Assembly: GCA_016699995.1 (NCBI GenBank)
Contig: CP064996.1
Location: 690,963-754,962 of the forward strand
DNA: 64,000 nt
From: a bacterium
GTDB taxonomy: Bacteria > Patescibacteriota > Doudnabacteria > UBA920
Reading direction: 5' to 3'
The position numbers and the translations under genes are program-made. Numbering within the stretch: position 1 is the first letter of the stretch; each line of letters starts with the position of its first letter. Of this stretch, positions 1-9,699 are shown piece by piece. Below the pieces are notes generated by a model. The model ran no database searches. It was not told where the DNA came from and saw only the letters and a list, made by a program, of their open reading frames with translations.

Positions 1-1836
1 TCCAGTAGTATTAGAAGTAACAGTAAAAGTACAAGTTCGATCCGTAGCACCTGTCTCAAGGGTTACAGTAACGTTACCGGTCGAAGACACGGCTTTGGAA
101 AACACGACATCAATGTCGATTACTTCCCCGACACTGTACGTGCCGTCAGACTTACTAGAAGATATGGAGGCAATGATAGGAGCGGAAGTGTCTAAGGTTA
201 TTGCTTTGTCGAAATGAACTGCCCAGTTGTACAAGGTATTACCGTGCAGAGAAGGAGTGCTGTCTGTATCACGCAAGTTACCGCGAGCAGACCCTGCTAC
301 GGAAGCTCCCGGCTGAGACCCCGGGGTACCCGTGTACGCGTATCTCAGTCGCTGGTTTGACCCAGTAGGAGTGCCAGACAAAGTTATCTTGACCGTATCA
401 CCATCTAAAATTTCTACTGAGCTGATCGTAGCCGAAGAAGTTGAGTCATAGTATTCAAAACCATAATTAGCTTTAGCACTTACTATGGTCGTATCAAAAG
501 CTAACTCACCTCCTGGGACATGAAAGTTGGCCAGTATGACGTTGCCAGTACGAACGATAGAATCTGGACTTAACGGCCGCCAGTCTTGGTGATCAATCAA
601 AACTTTTTTCATTACCTTGCCGTAATACTCGCCCAACCATCGATAACTTGCTGCGGTTAAATGCGCTGAGTCAGAATAGTTTAAGAAGTATTTTGGACCG
701 ACCAATATAATTTCGTCTGGATTATTCTCCGAGGCGGATAATTGAGCGATGGGAATACCCGAAGTAGCGGCGTTATATCCTGTATGGGAACTCATTTGGT
801 CGGTAAATAATGGGATATCACCAGATTGACCAGTAATAGCCTTAACATCAGTTTCATAATCATTCTGCCACTGTACCAAATATGACTCATAAGCAGCACT
901 ATTCCCTGCCAAATGGTCTGATTCACCGTGAATAGTAGTTACTCCCACAACTCGGGCAACCCGCCCTAAAGCCGTAGCGGCATTTTTTACGTTCGTTACC
1001 TGAGTCATACCAGTACTATAAGGACCTGTTCCCTTCTTTAAACCAGAATAAGCAGTCCCACCCACGCCATGACGAGTGACTACTGACTGATAATTTCCAC
1101 CCGGAGATAAAGAAGTAAGCGTGTTCGCTAAGGCACTGCTCATAGTTTCTACTCCGCTCTCAACCAAGTTGACAAGGGACGCCCCATTTAGCATTAGATT
1201 ACTATATGGCTGAGTAGTCGATAGCGCCGGTGCGCCATTAGTGCCTGTAGAAAGACTTTGACCTGTAGAAAGAATGTGATTTAAATAATCAACCTCGTCT
1301 ATTTGTACAGTGGCACTGCTTAAAACTGGAGTACCGATCGCTGGCGAGTTGTTTGCAGTAGGTGTGACCTCAAATTTGATGTATTTGTTTAGATCATCAG
1401 AAGTAATTGTGTAATTTTGGCTAGTAGCGCCGGAAATTGCTGAATAACTCCCTCCAACAGTGTCGGCTCTAAGCCAACGGAAAGAAGTGCTTCCTTCGGT
1501 GTCGCCATTAGGATCGGCAAAGGTATAAGAGCCCACTAATAATTCGCCTACAGTTGGCGTGCCAGTAATGGTAACAGATACAGCCGAAGGAGCCTGAGGG
1601 GTGGCAGACAGCGGCGTTGCTGTGGCAACTGCTGAGGTATCGCTGGAGCCGTTTGTATTAATGGCAGACACCCTAAAGTTGTATGAGGCGCCATTTGTTA
1701 AACCGGTAACAGTAGCTGTGCTTTCGTTCGAAGTGCCATCATTAAAGGTTGCCCATGAGGAGTCAGAAGCTAGTTTATATTCAACTAGGTAATCTGTAAT
1801 TGGCGAACCGTTGTCGCTTGGAACCGACCAAACCAA
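1..1836 (-). CDS. 3'-ward continuation of the giant surface protein, truncated by the window edge. FN3 completion, bacterial Ig-like domain, then an SGNH/SASA-like carbohydrate-esterase-like region.
   Basis: I checked the minus-strand frame (codons 1-3 ... 1834-1836) codon by codon and found no stop over all 612 codons. The translation begins LVWSVPSDNGSPITDYLVEYKLASDSSWATFN, which completes the FN3 repeat consensus of the upstream ORF. Later motifs are TTIHGESDH and YSDSAH (SGNH block I/V-like). It is in the same frame as 1837..4965 across the TAA at 1837-1839. Confidence 0.6.
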   Translation of the reverse strand, partial: MVWSVPSDNGSPITDYLVEYKLASDSSWATFNDGTSNESTATVTGLTNGASYNFRVSAINTNGSSDTSAVATATPLSATPQAPSAVSVTITGTPTVGELLVGSYTFADPNGDTEGSTSFRWLRADTVGGSYSAISGATSQNYTITSDDLNKYIKFEVTPTANNSPAIGTPVLSSATVQIDEVDYLNHILSTGQSLSTGTNGAPALSTTQPYSNLMLNGASLVNLVESGVETMSSALANTLTSLSPGGNYQSVVTRHGVGGTAYSGLKKGTGPYSTGMTQVTNVKNAATALGRVARVVGVTTIHGESDHLAGNSAAYESYLVQWQNDYETDVKAITGQSGDIPLFTDQMSSHTGYNAATSGIPIAQLSASENNPDEIILVGPKYFLNYSDSAHLTAASYRWLGEYYGKVMKKVLIDHQDWRPLSPDSIVRTGNVILANFHVPGGELAFDTTIVSAKANYGFEYYDSTSSATISSVEILDGDTVKITLSGTPTGSNQRLRYAYTGTPGSQPGASVAGSARGNLRDTDSTPSLHGNTLYNWAVHFDKAITLDTSAPIIASISSSKSDGTYSVGEVIDIDVVFSKAVSSTGNVTVTLETGATDRTCTFTVTSNTTG

Positions 1837-4800
1837 TTACACTGCACCATCCCCTGCATCTGCTTGGGTAATAGATGGTACACCAGGGCCAGCAGCCGGT
1901 TCAGTAACAGTTATGCTTCGAAAGGTCGTTGTTACTCCCGCGGAATAATTCTGCAACCACACCGGAGCGTTGGTAAAAGTTCCCCATGCTTGAGTACCTG
2001 CCGGAGTCTGTGAATCATTAAAATAAACTTCGGCTCCACCCTCTTGCAAAACCACTAGCTTCAGAGTTAAATCCGTATCGGCAGTACAACTAATTCCAGT
2101 CAAACTTGTTACTCCAGCCGAAGAGCCGTTGTTCCATGAATATAATTGCCACGCACCAGCATTCTTCGTGACAATATAGCTTGTTCCCGCGTTAATGATA
2201 TCCATGTCACCATAACCAAACTCAAAACTATTGCCAGAAGTACAATGAGAGGCTCGCATCACCACTGTAATTTCAATATCACCGTCGGTCCGGTCAAAAG
2301 TATCGTCAGATTCAACGCCATTAGTACCCCAATTATCGTTGCCGGTTACTGTCAGCCCGTTGTTCTGTTGGACATTTCCTGCAGAACCACCTATCCCATT
2401 GACGGCAGAATCAGTTTCATTCCACTTATCAGTGTCAATTATTGTGCCACTAAAGTCATCGGACAATGCGTAACTGTTGGGGGTTGCTGTAATCGAGGAA
2501 GAAAAAACACCTGTACCGACCGAGTTAACGGCCGCGACTTTAAAATTATAGCTTTGCCCGTCGACCAAGCCAGATACAAACGCTGACGTAGAGGTAGACG
2601 TACCGTCGTTAAAAGTCATCCAAGTGGTTGGTTCGCTTGAGAGCTTATACTGCACAATATAGTCAGAAATTGCAGCACCACCATTGGACAGTGGGGTATC
2701 CCAATCCAAGCCAACTTGCCCACTAGAACCAGTGTCGGCTGTGAGAGCCTGGGGAGCCGAAGGGGCAGACAAGGCCGGAGTTGCCGATTCCGCGCCAGAG
2801 GCAGTCCCAGTCCCGATGGAATTAACAGCTGAAACCCTAAAATCATAGCTTAGATCATTTGTTAAACCTGTTACGGTTGCAGAGGTAGTAGTGGACGTAC
2901 CATCGTTAAAAGTCGTCCAAGTGGTTGGTTCACTAGTCAGCTTATACTCGACCAGGTAGTCTGTAATTGCCGCGCCTCCATTACTTCCAGGGGCAGTCCA
3001 TGATAATACTACTTGACCTGAACTTGGGCTGGCGGTTAATCCTGTTGGCGCATCAGGCGCAGCTGGATCGGATACATCCACAATAACACTATATACAGAA
3101 GTGGTCGTAGTGGAACTATACGAAGTGGTCAAAAAATGGCCAGTCGAAAAGGTTCCCAAGCTTATAGAGTTTACGCCGCCAGCCAAGAGATCGGTATCTT
3201 CTCCTGCATCTTCAAAATCATTATCCTCGTTGGAATCTTGATACAGCTGAAAAGTGACGCCTTGCGTTGGATTCACGGTCATAACAGAACGATAGCGCCG
3301 GTTAGCTACTATGGATACTCCAGTGCTAAGCAATGATTCCCAATTACCGCCATCCAAACCGTAAGCTAAGAAGAAGTAACCACTTGAATGACTCAAAATA
3401 AAATAATTATTAGATGTCACGGCATCTAAAGTGGTGTTGGAACCATAAACCATAGGGGCAGCAAAAGTGCCGATATTACTAAAGGAAAACTCTGTGGTTA
3501 TTACTGGCGAATCCTCCCTGCTGTACTGTTCTTGACTTACCAGCCTAGCTCCCCCCCAGGTGTTATTCCCAGTAGTGGTTAATTTATTATTCTGCTGTAC
3601 CAAGCCGGACGTCCCCCCTGCTCCGGCTGTATCTACTTCAATCCACTTATCGGTATTAATGGTGGTGCCTAGAAAATTATCTGATAGGGCGTAATTGGTG
3701 GGAGTGGCTGTCACGCTAGAAGAATTTGCTCCCGTTCCAACCTCGTTGACTGCAGCAACGCGAAAATTATAACTCACACCATTAGTTAAACCTGTTACTG
3801 TGGCAGCTAATGTTGTTGAAGTGCCATCATTAAGAGTGATCCATGTGCTAGGCTCGCTATTTAATTTATACTGCACTATATAATCGGTAATCGCGCTGCC
3901 GCCGTTGGTTAAGGGTGAAGACCAAGTCAGGCTTGCCTGACCATCTACTCCTGTACTTGCTGCCAGACTCAAAGGGGCAGAAGGCACGGAAAGCGCTGGG
4001 GTCGCAGAGTCGGGCTCCGATGAATCCCCAGTCCCCACCAGATTGGTAGCCGAGATTCTGAAGTCGTAACTCAAACCATTGGTTAAGCCTGTAACAATGG
4101 TGGCGGTTGTAGTAGAGGTCCCGTCGTTAAAAGTGGTCCATGTAGTGGGCTCGCTAGACAACTTATACTCCACTAAATAATCTGTGATCGCCGATCCTCC
4201 ATTATCAGCTGGTGCGGACCATGTCAAAGCCACCTCTCCGGCTCCCGGAGTCGCAGACAAATTTGTTGGAGCATCTGGCTCCACGGCATCTACTCCCTGA
4301 GTAACGGACAAGTTATCTATGGTAATAGTAGAAGTGTCATACTGCATTATTTGAATAGTATGATTGTTGAAACTATTCGGCGCCTGTCCAGCAGTCAGAC
4401 TCCCGTTTGGCGTTGGGCTGTTATTTAAATATACATCAACCCCTCCTGCTTGCTTAATAACCATGCGCACATGAATCGGTGTTCCATTAGTGCAAGTCAC
4501 ACCTGTCACATCTGCAGAGGTATTAAAAGACCAAAGCTTAAAGGCACCACTTAATCGGTTAAGTAAAATGGTGTTATTTTGCAAGGTGCCGTTAACCCAG
4601 CTCCCGTAGGTTAAACCACCGGTGGTAGCCGCGCAGTTGCTTAAAGTCCAATCCGCCTCTATATTAATGTCGCCCTGGCTGCGGTCAAAGGTACTTACTG
4701 ATTTTATGCCGTTCGAATTCCATGCGTTATTTCCTACCACAGTCAAAGATCCGTTCTGTTGAACATTACCAGCAGAGCCTCCATTACCAGCCCCTTGGTT

Positions 4801-4965
4801 TTCGTATTCCATCCATTTGTCTGTATCAATAGTAGTGCCAGAAAAATCATCCTCTAACAAAACAGCAGCCTTAGCCTGATTGTTTAAAGATGGTTGCGTG
4901 AAGAAACCTGAAAATACAGCTATGCACAGCAACACCGCGACAGATGTTCGTAGTATTTGTGGCAA
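1837..4965 (-). CDS. Secreted modular surface protein (1042 aa before the in-frame stop): N-terminal signal peptide, then three modules of a concanavalin/LamG-like jelly-roll domain followed by two fibronectin type III domains.
   Basis: The ORF track gives a 1042-aa ORF. The N-terminus MPQILRTSVAVLLCIAVFSG is hydrophobic. DDFSGTTIDTDKW / SDNFLGTTINTDKW / SDDFSGTIIDTDKW repeat three times at about 340-aa periodicity. The FN3 signatures L(T/S)W(S/T)AP...GG(S/A)AITDY(L/I)V(E/Q)YKL...W...(N/F)NDGTSTT...VTGLTNG.SY.FRV.A.N occur six times. Confidence 0.8.
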   Translation of the reverse strand: MPQILRTSVAVLLCIAVFSGFFTQPSLNNQAKAAVLLEDDFSGTTIDTDKWMEYENQGAGNGGSAGNVQQNGSLTVVGNNAWNSNGIKSVSTFDRSQGDINIEADWTLSNCAATTGGLTYGSWVNGTLQNNTILLNRLSGAFKLWSFNTSADVTGVTCTNGTPIHVRMVIKQAGGVDVYLNNSPTPNGSLTAGQAPNSFNNHTIQIMQYDTSTITIDNLSVTQGVDAVEPDAPTNLSATPGAGEVALTWSAPADNGGSAITDYLVEYKLSSEPTTWTTFNDGTSTTTATIVTGLTNGLSYDFRISATNLVGTGDSSEPDSATPALSVPSAPLSLAASTGVDGQASLTWSSPLTNGGSAITDYIVQYKLNSEPSTWITLNDGTSTTLAATVTGLTNGVSYNFRVAAVNEVGTGANSSSVTATPTNYALSDNFLGTTINTDKWIEVDTAGAGGTSGLVQQNNKLTTTGNNTWGGARLVSQEQYSREDSPVITTEFSFSNIGTFAAPMVYGSNTTLDAVTSNNYFILSHSSGYFFLAYGLDGGNWESLLSTGVSIVANRRYRSVMTVNPTQGVTFQLYQDSNEDNDFEDAGEDTDLLAGGVNSISLGTFSTGHFLTTSYSSTTTTSVYSVIVDVSDPAAPDAPTGLTASPSSGQVVLSWTAPGSNGGAAITDYLVEYKLTSEPTTWTTFNDGTSTTTSATVTGLTNDLSYDFRVSAVNSIGTGTASGAESATPALSAPSAPQALTADTGSSGQVGLDWDTPLSNGGAAISDYIVQYKLSSEPTTWMTFNDGTSTSTSAFVSGLVDGQSYNFKVAAVNSVGTGVFSSSITATPNSYALSDDFSGTIIDTDKWNETDSAVNGIGGSAGNVQQNNGLTVTGNDNWGTNGVESDDTFDRTDGDIEITVVMRASHCTSGNSFEFGYGDMDIINAGTSYIVTKNAGAWQLYSWNNGSSAGVTSLTGISCTADTDLTLKLVVLQEGGAEVYFNDSQTPAGTQAWGTFTNAPVWLQNYSAGVTTTFRSITVTEPAAGPGVPSITQADAGDGAV

Positions 4966-5210
4966 ATTTTCTATTTATTTTTGTTTCTTATGATTCCGAA
5001 TAATGCTTAGATTCGTGCCAGCATCCTCAGAACAAACAAAGTGTATATCTGGCTTAATTATAACATAATATTTGGATTTTGTAAATACTAATATCTAAGT
5101 GGTATTTAAAAACGTAGAATTGAATACTCATACGTTCGTAATGCCTACTACACTCAACCCAGTTGACCTGCCCATGCTTTAGTGATATTTTACTTATTCT
5201 AGGAGGAAGT

Positions 5211-5693
5211 ATGAATTCAGGACAAAAACAGTACGCAGACAATATGGTTCGTCATAATTTCGACGAGCTGGTACCGTTCTATACCGTTACGTATGAGGAG
5301 ATAATCACTGACCCATCGGACTGCAACCACAAACCAAGCGATATTGACATTTCATCCCACCTTACGGGAGCCTTTGGTGCATTCGAAAATGAAACTGCTG
5401 CAGCCAAGATCATCGAATTCTGCAGGGAAAGAGATAACACTTGGGACCCTTTCACTTTTGAACAAATCCATAGCTACTTCAAAAGCAAAGCTGGAACAAT
5501 CAAAGATAACACGTATTATTTTTCTTTTTGGGGTTTGCTCCTTGGCGAGTATATTGCCACCGACGACGTGGGCAATTATTATGTGACCAAGGGTTTCGTT
5601 GCCCGCTGCATCGAATCTGTCGAAGGCAGAAAAGCCAATCGAAGAATAACCGGTAATTGCCGTTTCAACTCGGCAACCGTTCTTGCACTATAA
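5211..5693 (+). CDS. Hypothetical protein (160 aa).
   Basis: ATG at 5211 follows an AGGAGG motif (5201-5206). The ORF is complete; I recognise no family. Confidence 0.5.
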   Translation: MNSGQKQYADNMVRHNFDELVPFYTVTYEEIITDPSDCNHKPSDIDISSHLTGAFGAFENETAAAKIIEFCRERDNTWDPFTFEQIHSYFKSKAGTIKDNTYYFSFWGLLLGEYIATDDVGNYYVTKGFVARCIESVEGRKANRRITGNCRFNSATVLAL

Positions 5694-5704
5694 AACTTAA
5701 GGAG

Positions 5705-5965
5705 ATGAAGTTTTTAAGCCGCTACGAACCCTCGGACGAAGAAGGTGTCTATAACGCAAAAGGATATTGCCGAGCCATCCCCAACCCCTTCAACGAGCCC
5801 ATCGAAATTATGGCTTCGTGGGGCGCCCCTCAAATGGGAGATGAAAATTGCATGCTCGCCGATACGTGCGATGCAGACGGGAACACTGACGGCGAACCAT
5901 ATATTATAGAGGCGAAGGCTTTTGCAGAGACTTACAAAGTGCTGAGACTTACAAAGCTGCATTGA
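5705..5965 (+). CDS. Hypothetical small protein (86 aa).
   Basis: ATG at 5705 is directly abutted by AAGGAG (5699-5704); the spacing is atypically short. The only other in-frame start is TTG at 5657. Confidence 0.35.
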   Translation: MKFLSRYEPSDEEGVYNAKGYCRAIPNPFNEPIEIMASWGAPQMGDENCMLADTCDADGNTDGEPYIIEAKAFAETYKVLRLTKLH

Positions 5966-6046
5966 CTGCCCAAAGCTGGAAACCAGCGCCTTTACAAATA
6001 CCACAAACCGTGGTATTTTTATTTATTAAAATCACAGGAGGAATAT

Positions 6047-6796
6047 ATGGGAAAAATATTCTTAGGGCTTTTTGAACTGTCTGTGCTTGCTTGCACGAGC
6101 GCAATGAACAAACCTTATGGCGTTCAGATTGTAAAATACATCGAAGAGTCGTTAGGGAAGAAAGTTTCGAAAGGCGCAATGTACACAACCCTGCAGCGTC
6201 TCAAAAATAAAGGCTATTTAAGCACCGAAAAGAGCAAAATAACCCACAAAAGAGGCGGCCGCAGGCGCATTATGTATTGCATTACCGACGAGGGCAAAAG
6301 AGTCTTGCACGAAAATATGCAAACCATGACCGACCTCTTTTCAGCTCTGATCAGAGATAGCCAAAAAGGTGCGCAACTCAATTTATTCGACGAAAAGGAA
6401 TCAATACAAGGGGACTCCCAAAGCAACATCTGGACACCATTCCAAGGCGAAGGATACCAACTTGTCGATTTGGGACGAGCCGCTCAATTTTTACTGCCTT
6501 CTCATAAGCTGCAAACCGAACTCGGCGAGAGCACTGTCGAAAAAGATCTGGAAAGGTTTATGTTCGACAATTTCGGTGCATTCAGCGCCACCACTCTGCC
6601 GACAGCCGGTTTCTGGAGAAACAATCAGCAGAAAATCGTTTACGACGAGTGTCGGAGATACGAAGTATCGTTCGTAGGCAAACAAAAAATTCCAGTGCTT
6701 CTAAAAAAGCTTGCCGATATTGCGAAGCATATCAAAGAGGATTGCATCTACTTTCAGGCCGGTCAATACAACTGCCTGATTTTCCCGAAAGAATAA
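6047..6796 (+). CDS. PadR-family-like winged-helix transcriptional regulator with a C-terminal domain of unknown function.
   Basis: AGGAGG at 6036-6041, ATG at 6047. The N-terminal ~100 aa (LGLFELSVLACTS...PYGVQIVKYIEESLGKKVSKGAMYTTLQRLKNKGYLS...RRIMYCITDEGKRVL) fit the PadR winged-helix pattern. Confidence 0.6.
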   Translation: MGKIFLGLFELSVLACTSAMNKPYGVQIVKYIEESLGKKVSKGAMYTTLQRLKNKGYLSTEKSKITHKRGGRRRIMYCITDEGKRVLHENMQTMTDLFSALIRDSQKGAQLNLFDEKESIQGDSQSNIWTPFQGEGYQLVDLGRAAQFLLPSHKLQTELGESTVEKDLERFMFDNFGAFSATTLPTAGFWRNNQQKIVYDECRRYEVSFVGKQKIPVLLKKLADIAKHIKEDCIYFQAGQYNCLIFPKE

Positions 6797-6801
6797 TTAA
6801 A

Positions 6802-6826
6802 AACCACTAACTAAATGTTAGTGGTT
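6802..6826. terminator. Bidirectional hairpin terminator; copy A of the recurrent AAACC(A/G)CTAAC...GTTAG(T/C)GGTTT element.
   Basis: Perfect 10-bp stem aaccactaac / gttagtggtt with loop taaat, followed by a T-rich run. It lies between convergent genes ending at 6796 and 6830. Confidence 0.7.
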
Positions 6827-6829
6827 ATT

Positions 6830-7447
6830 TTATTGATTGACCGAATTGGTCTGATACCTGCCTTTAGGCGTTGTGCTGATACTACATCCTCCCCATAATC
6901 CTAGGCTATTCTCACGGGCAATGCGCTCGGCATTTTTCAGCTCAGCCTGCTTAGAAACGTCCGGCGGGTAAGACACTGCAAAGGCGTAGCCAGACTTAAC
7001 CAGCTCCAGATTCACAAACGTTCCATCAGCTAAGTAAACGTAACCCAGAAGCCGGCCGTAACGGTCCTTCTCGTTAACATCATGGACAAACCAGATGAAC
7101 TTCCCTTCTACTAATTCCCTATTCTTTTGAGTCGCCTGCTCGGCAAAACATTGCACAGGTTTGCGAGGATCATTTTTTTCCGGGGTGTCGATGCCAATAT
7201 ACCGCAAACGACTATTGTTCTCCAGGACTATTGTATCGCCGTCGACAACCTGCTTTACCTTAACGTAAATTCTGCTGGCCGGCGCTTTGGATTTCTTGGG
7301 CTTGTTACGGGCCACATTTTGTTCCTTATCATTCGCTTTATTGGCCGCATTGGAAACAAGCGAAGCAGTATTTTGGTAATAGATGGTAAAGCCTATGAGC
7401 AAAGCCCCAAAACAGCACACTACCAACACCAAAAATAGTGATTTCAT
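6830..7447 (-). CDS. Membrane-anchored thermonuclease (staphylococcal nuclease / SNase-like).
   Basis: N-terminal TM helix. DGDTIVL...RLRYIGIDTPE...YGRLLGYVY match the SNase fold signature. Confidence 0.8.
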   Translation of the reverse strand: MKSLFLVLVVCCFGALLIGFTIYYQNTASLVSNAANKANDKEQNVARNKPKKSKAPASRIYVKVKQVVDGDTIVLENNSRLRYIGIDTPEKNDPRKPVQCFAEQATQKNRELVEGKFIWFVHDVNEKDRYGRLLGYVYLADGTFVNLELVKSGYAFAVSYPPDVSKQAELKNAERIARENSLGLWGGCSISTTPKGRYQTNSVNQ

Positions 7448-7544
7448 ACAGCCCTCCTTAGCTGGTCTTCAAACATCTAATAGTGCCAGAAAATGGCTTA
7501 TCTGTCAATGCTTTTTTCAGCAAGAAGTTCGCTATACTGAATAT

Positions 7545-8546
7545 ATGAACAAACTATCGAATAAACTATTATTGCCAATTGCATTCTTATCATTTGTAGC
7601 CGCTGGCTGCTCTCCGCAAACTCAAGATTCCAACCAAAATCAGGGCACCGACAACACCACCGCGAAAGAAACTCAGCAGGAAGCGGATCCCGTCTCCCTG
7701 CCGGCATTAATGCAAAAACAGTTCGACGGCCGCGACTTAACTTTAGGGCAAGTGCAAGCCCAAACAGCAACGTACACCCGCTACTATATAACCTACAAAA
7801 GCGGCAGCTTAACCATTTCTGGAATAATGAATATTCCAAAAGGGACCGGTCCGTTCCCTGTGGTAATAATGAACCATGGCTACATTGATCCGGCTATCTA
7901 TACCAACGGCCGCGGCCTGCGCCGGGAACAAGACTATTTTGCCAGCCGAGGCTATATCGTCATTCATCCAGACTACCGCAACCATGCGCAATCCGGCAAA
8001 GACGACAATGTCGAAGGCAACATCCGACTGGGATACATAGAAGACGTTATCAACTCCATTTACGCGCTTAAGGCAGCTGATCTTGCCTCTGCAAATACTA
8101 ACCGCATTTATATGATCGGCCACTCCATGGGCGGCGGCATAGCCCAAGCCATTATGGTTACCCAACCAGACCTGGTAGAAGGCTTTATGCTCTATGCTCC
8201 AGTATCCAGCGATGCAAGAGAAAGCTATTATCGCTGGACGGAGAGCCGGCCCGAAGCAGTAGCTCAAATAAAACAGCAGCATGGCGATCCGCAAACTAAT
8301 CCTAAGTTCTGGGACAACATGTCGCCGGTCAATTTCTTCGACAAAGTTTCTGCGCCGGTAATGATCAACCATGGAGTAAATGATGCCGACGTTCCGCTGG
8401 AGTGGAGCCAACGCACTTATGATGCACTGAAGGCAAAAAACAAAGAAGTTGTATTCCACCAATACCCAGGCGAAGGACACGAATTCGGGCCGGCGTGGCC
8501 GACTGTAATGCAGCGCACCATTGACTTCTTCAACTCAGTAAAGTAA
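7545..8546 (+). CDS. Lipoprotein alpha/beta-hydrolase (dienelactone hydrolase / S9-like esterase).
   Basis: Internal ATG at 7545 gives MNKLSNKLLLPIAFLSFVAAGCS, a lipobox signal peptide. GHSMGGG is a nucleophile elbow, followed by ...DADVP...GEGHEF (catalytic Asp/His). Confidence 0.7.
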   Translation: MNKLSNKLLLPIAFLSFVAAGCSPQTQDSNQNQGTDNTTAKETQQEADPVSLPALMQKQFDGRDLTLGQVQAQTATYTRYYITYKSGSLTISGIMNIPKGTGPFPVVIMNHGYIDPAIYTNGRGLRREQDYFASRGYIVIHPDYRNHAQSGKDDNVEGNIRLGYIEDVINSIYALKAADLASANTNRIYMIGHSMGGGIAQAIMVTQPDLVEGFMLYAPVSSDARESYYRWTESRPEAVAQIKQQHGDPQTNPKFWDNMSPVNFFDKVSAPVMINHGVNDADVPLEWSQRTYDALKAKNKEVVFHQYPGEGHEFGPAWPTVMQRTIDFFNSVK

Positions 8547-8580
8547 ATGGCAAAATAAAAAAGGTGTCCTACACGGACAC

Positions 8581-9519
8581 CTATTCGAATATCGAAATAC
8601 TACCTGATGGGAAAAAAATCCGGTAAGGATTGTTTTGTGCTGTGCCACCATACAACACCTCGATTATCATTTTTTCCTGGTATGCTAAAGTCCTTACCCC
8701 GTTCTCAAACTCTCCTGTAACTGACTCAGCTTTAAATTTCTTACCAGTTTCGTCAGTCAAATAGGTTGCCAGAAGATCTTCGGAATTAAGCGAGACAGGC
8801 AGGCGATAATACCCACCATCATTATCACAACTAAACCGCGCTATATAACCCACATTGGTGGCAGATAGCCTCTCCATATAGAAGTCCAGGTATTTGTAAT
8901 CTACCGTCCCCCCTCTCCAGGAACGGCCAGAGTCGACCAACGTATTAGAGGCCAAACTCTTAAGCACACCACCAGATTTTGATTCACCTGGTTTATTAAG
9001 TCTATTAAACTCAAACTTAAAGCCCGGGTTCTGAGCCACGAACTCGCCCATTACATCGGTTGTCACAGCTGGTAAAGCTACTCCTAAGATTGGGTGATGC
9101 TTTACATCTGCAGGAAATAACTCCACGACTCCCTCTGTGGTTTTGTAGTAATTATAGTTAGCCTGCCCGGTGATCGGATTGAATATCAAATCACCGCTGT
9201 TGTAAGTAAATAGGTAAAGTAACAGAAACCAACTGGCATACAGCGCAACTATTCCCGCCACTGCCCTTGTCCTCTGAAACTTGATAAAACTAAAGATCAA
9301 AAGGGGTACAGCGATGTACCATATTGCCGACACCACCACTGCAATTGTCTTGGCAAGGTAAACATTCTTTACACCACCGGAATTAAGAATCCCCTTAAAA
9401 GTGGATTGATAAAGAAAGAACCCTGACGCAATGTCAACTGCAATAATAAAAATACCGGCCAGGATAGCGACACAAATCACAATCCCTACACCCAGAGAGA
9501 TCTTCGCAAACGTCTTCAT
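8581..9519 (-). CDS. Hypothetical membrane protein (312 aa; N-terminal TM helices plus a soluble C-terminal domain).
   Basis: Complete ORF. Strong RBS: the reverse complement upstream reads TTAGAGGAGGAAAT followed by ATG. Confidence 0.6.
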   Translation of the reverse strand: MKTFAKISLGVGIVICVAILAGIFIIAVDIASGFFLYQSTFKGILNSGGVKNVYLAKTIAVVVSAIWYIAVPLLIFSFIKFQRTRAVAGIVALYASWFLLLYLFTYNSGDLIFNPITGQANYNYYKTTEGVVELFPADVKHHPILGVALPAVTTDVMGEFVAQNPGFKFEFNRLNKPGESKSGGVLKSLASNTLVDSGRSWRGGTVDYKYLDFYMERLSATNVGYIARFSCDNDGGYYRLPVSLNSEDLLATYLTDETGKKFKAESVTGEFENGVRTLAYQEKMIIEVLYGGTAQNNPYRIFFPSGSISIFE

Positions 9520-9699
9520 ATTTCCTCCTCTAAGCTGCGGTGTCTAAATTATGACGTCCGCCGACTTGCGGTCATTATATAGTTTATTTCAATTTTGTCA
9601 ACTCGAACTGACAAAACCTACAAGCCCCATGCATTGACAAATACCACCGCATGTGGTATTTTTCTAAGTCTTTATGCAAGACCTTAAGGAGGATAGTAA

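Noticed and set aside
2146-3336. Plus-strand ORFs (2146..2586, 3136..3336, 1601..1792) and the minus-strand ORF 2616..2846 inside the giant surface-protein gene.
   Set aside because: They are antisense to or embedded in a 3-kb ORF that has strong repeated-domain protein signatures. They have no RBS, and their translations are low-complexity.
1837-4965. Possibility that the ~1-kb periodic DNA repeats are a CRISPR array or a mobile element.
   Set aside because: The repeats are in frame and code for the LamG-like / FN3 protein-domain modules of one ORF. There are no short direct repeats with unique spacers and no transposase or IS inverted repeats. No CRISPR arrays, rRNA genes, transposases or integrases were seen anywhere in the window.
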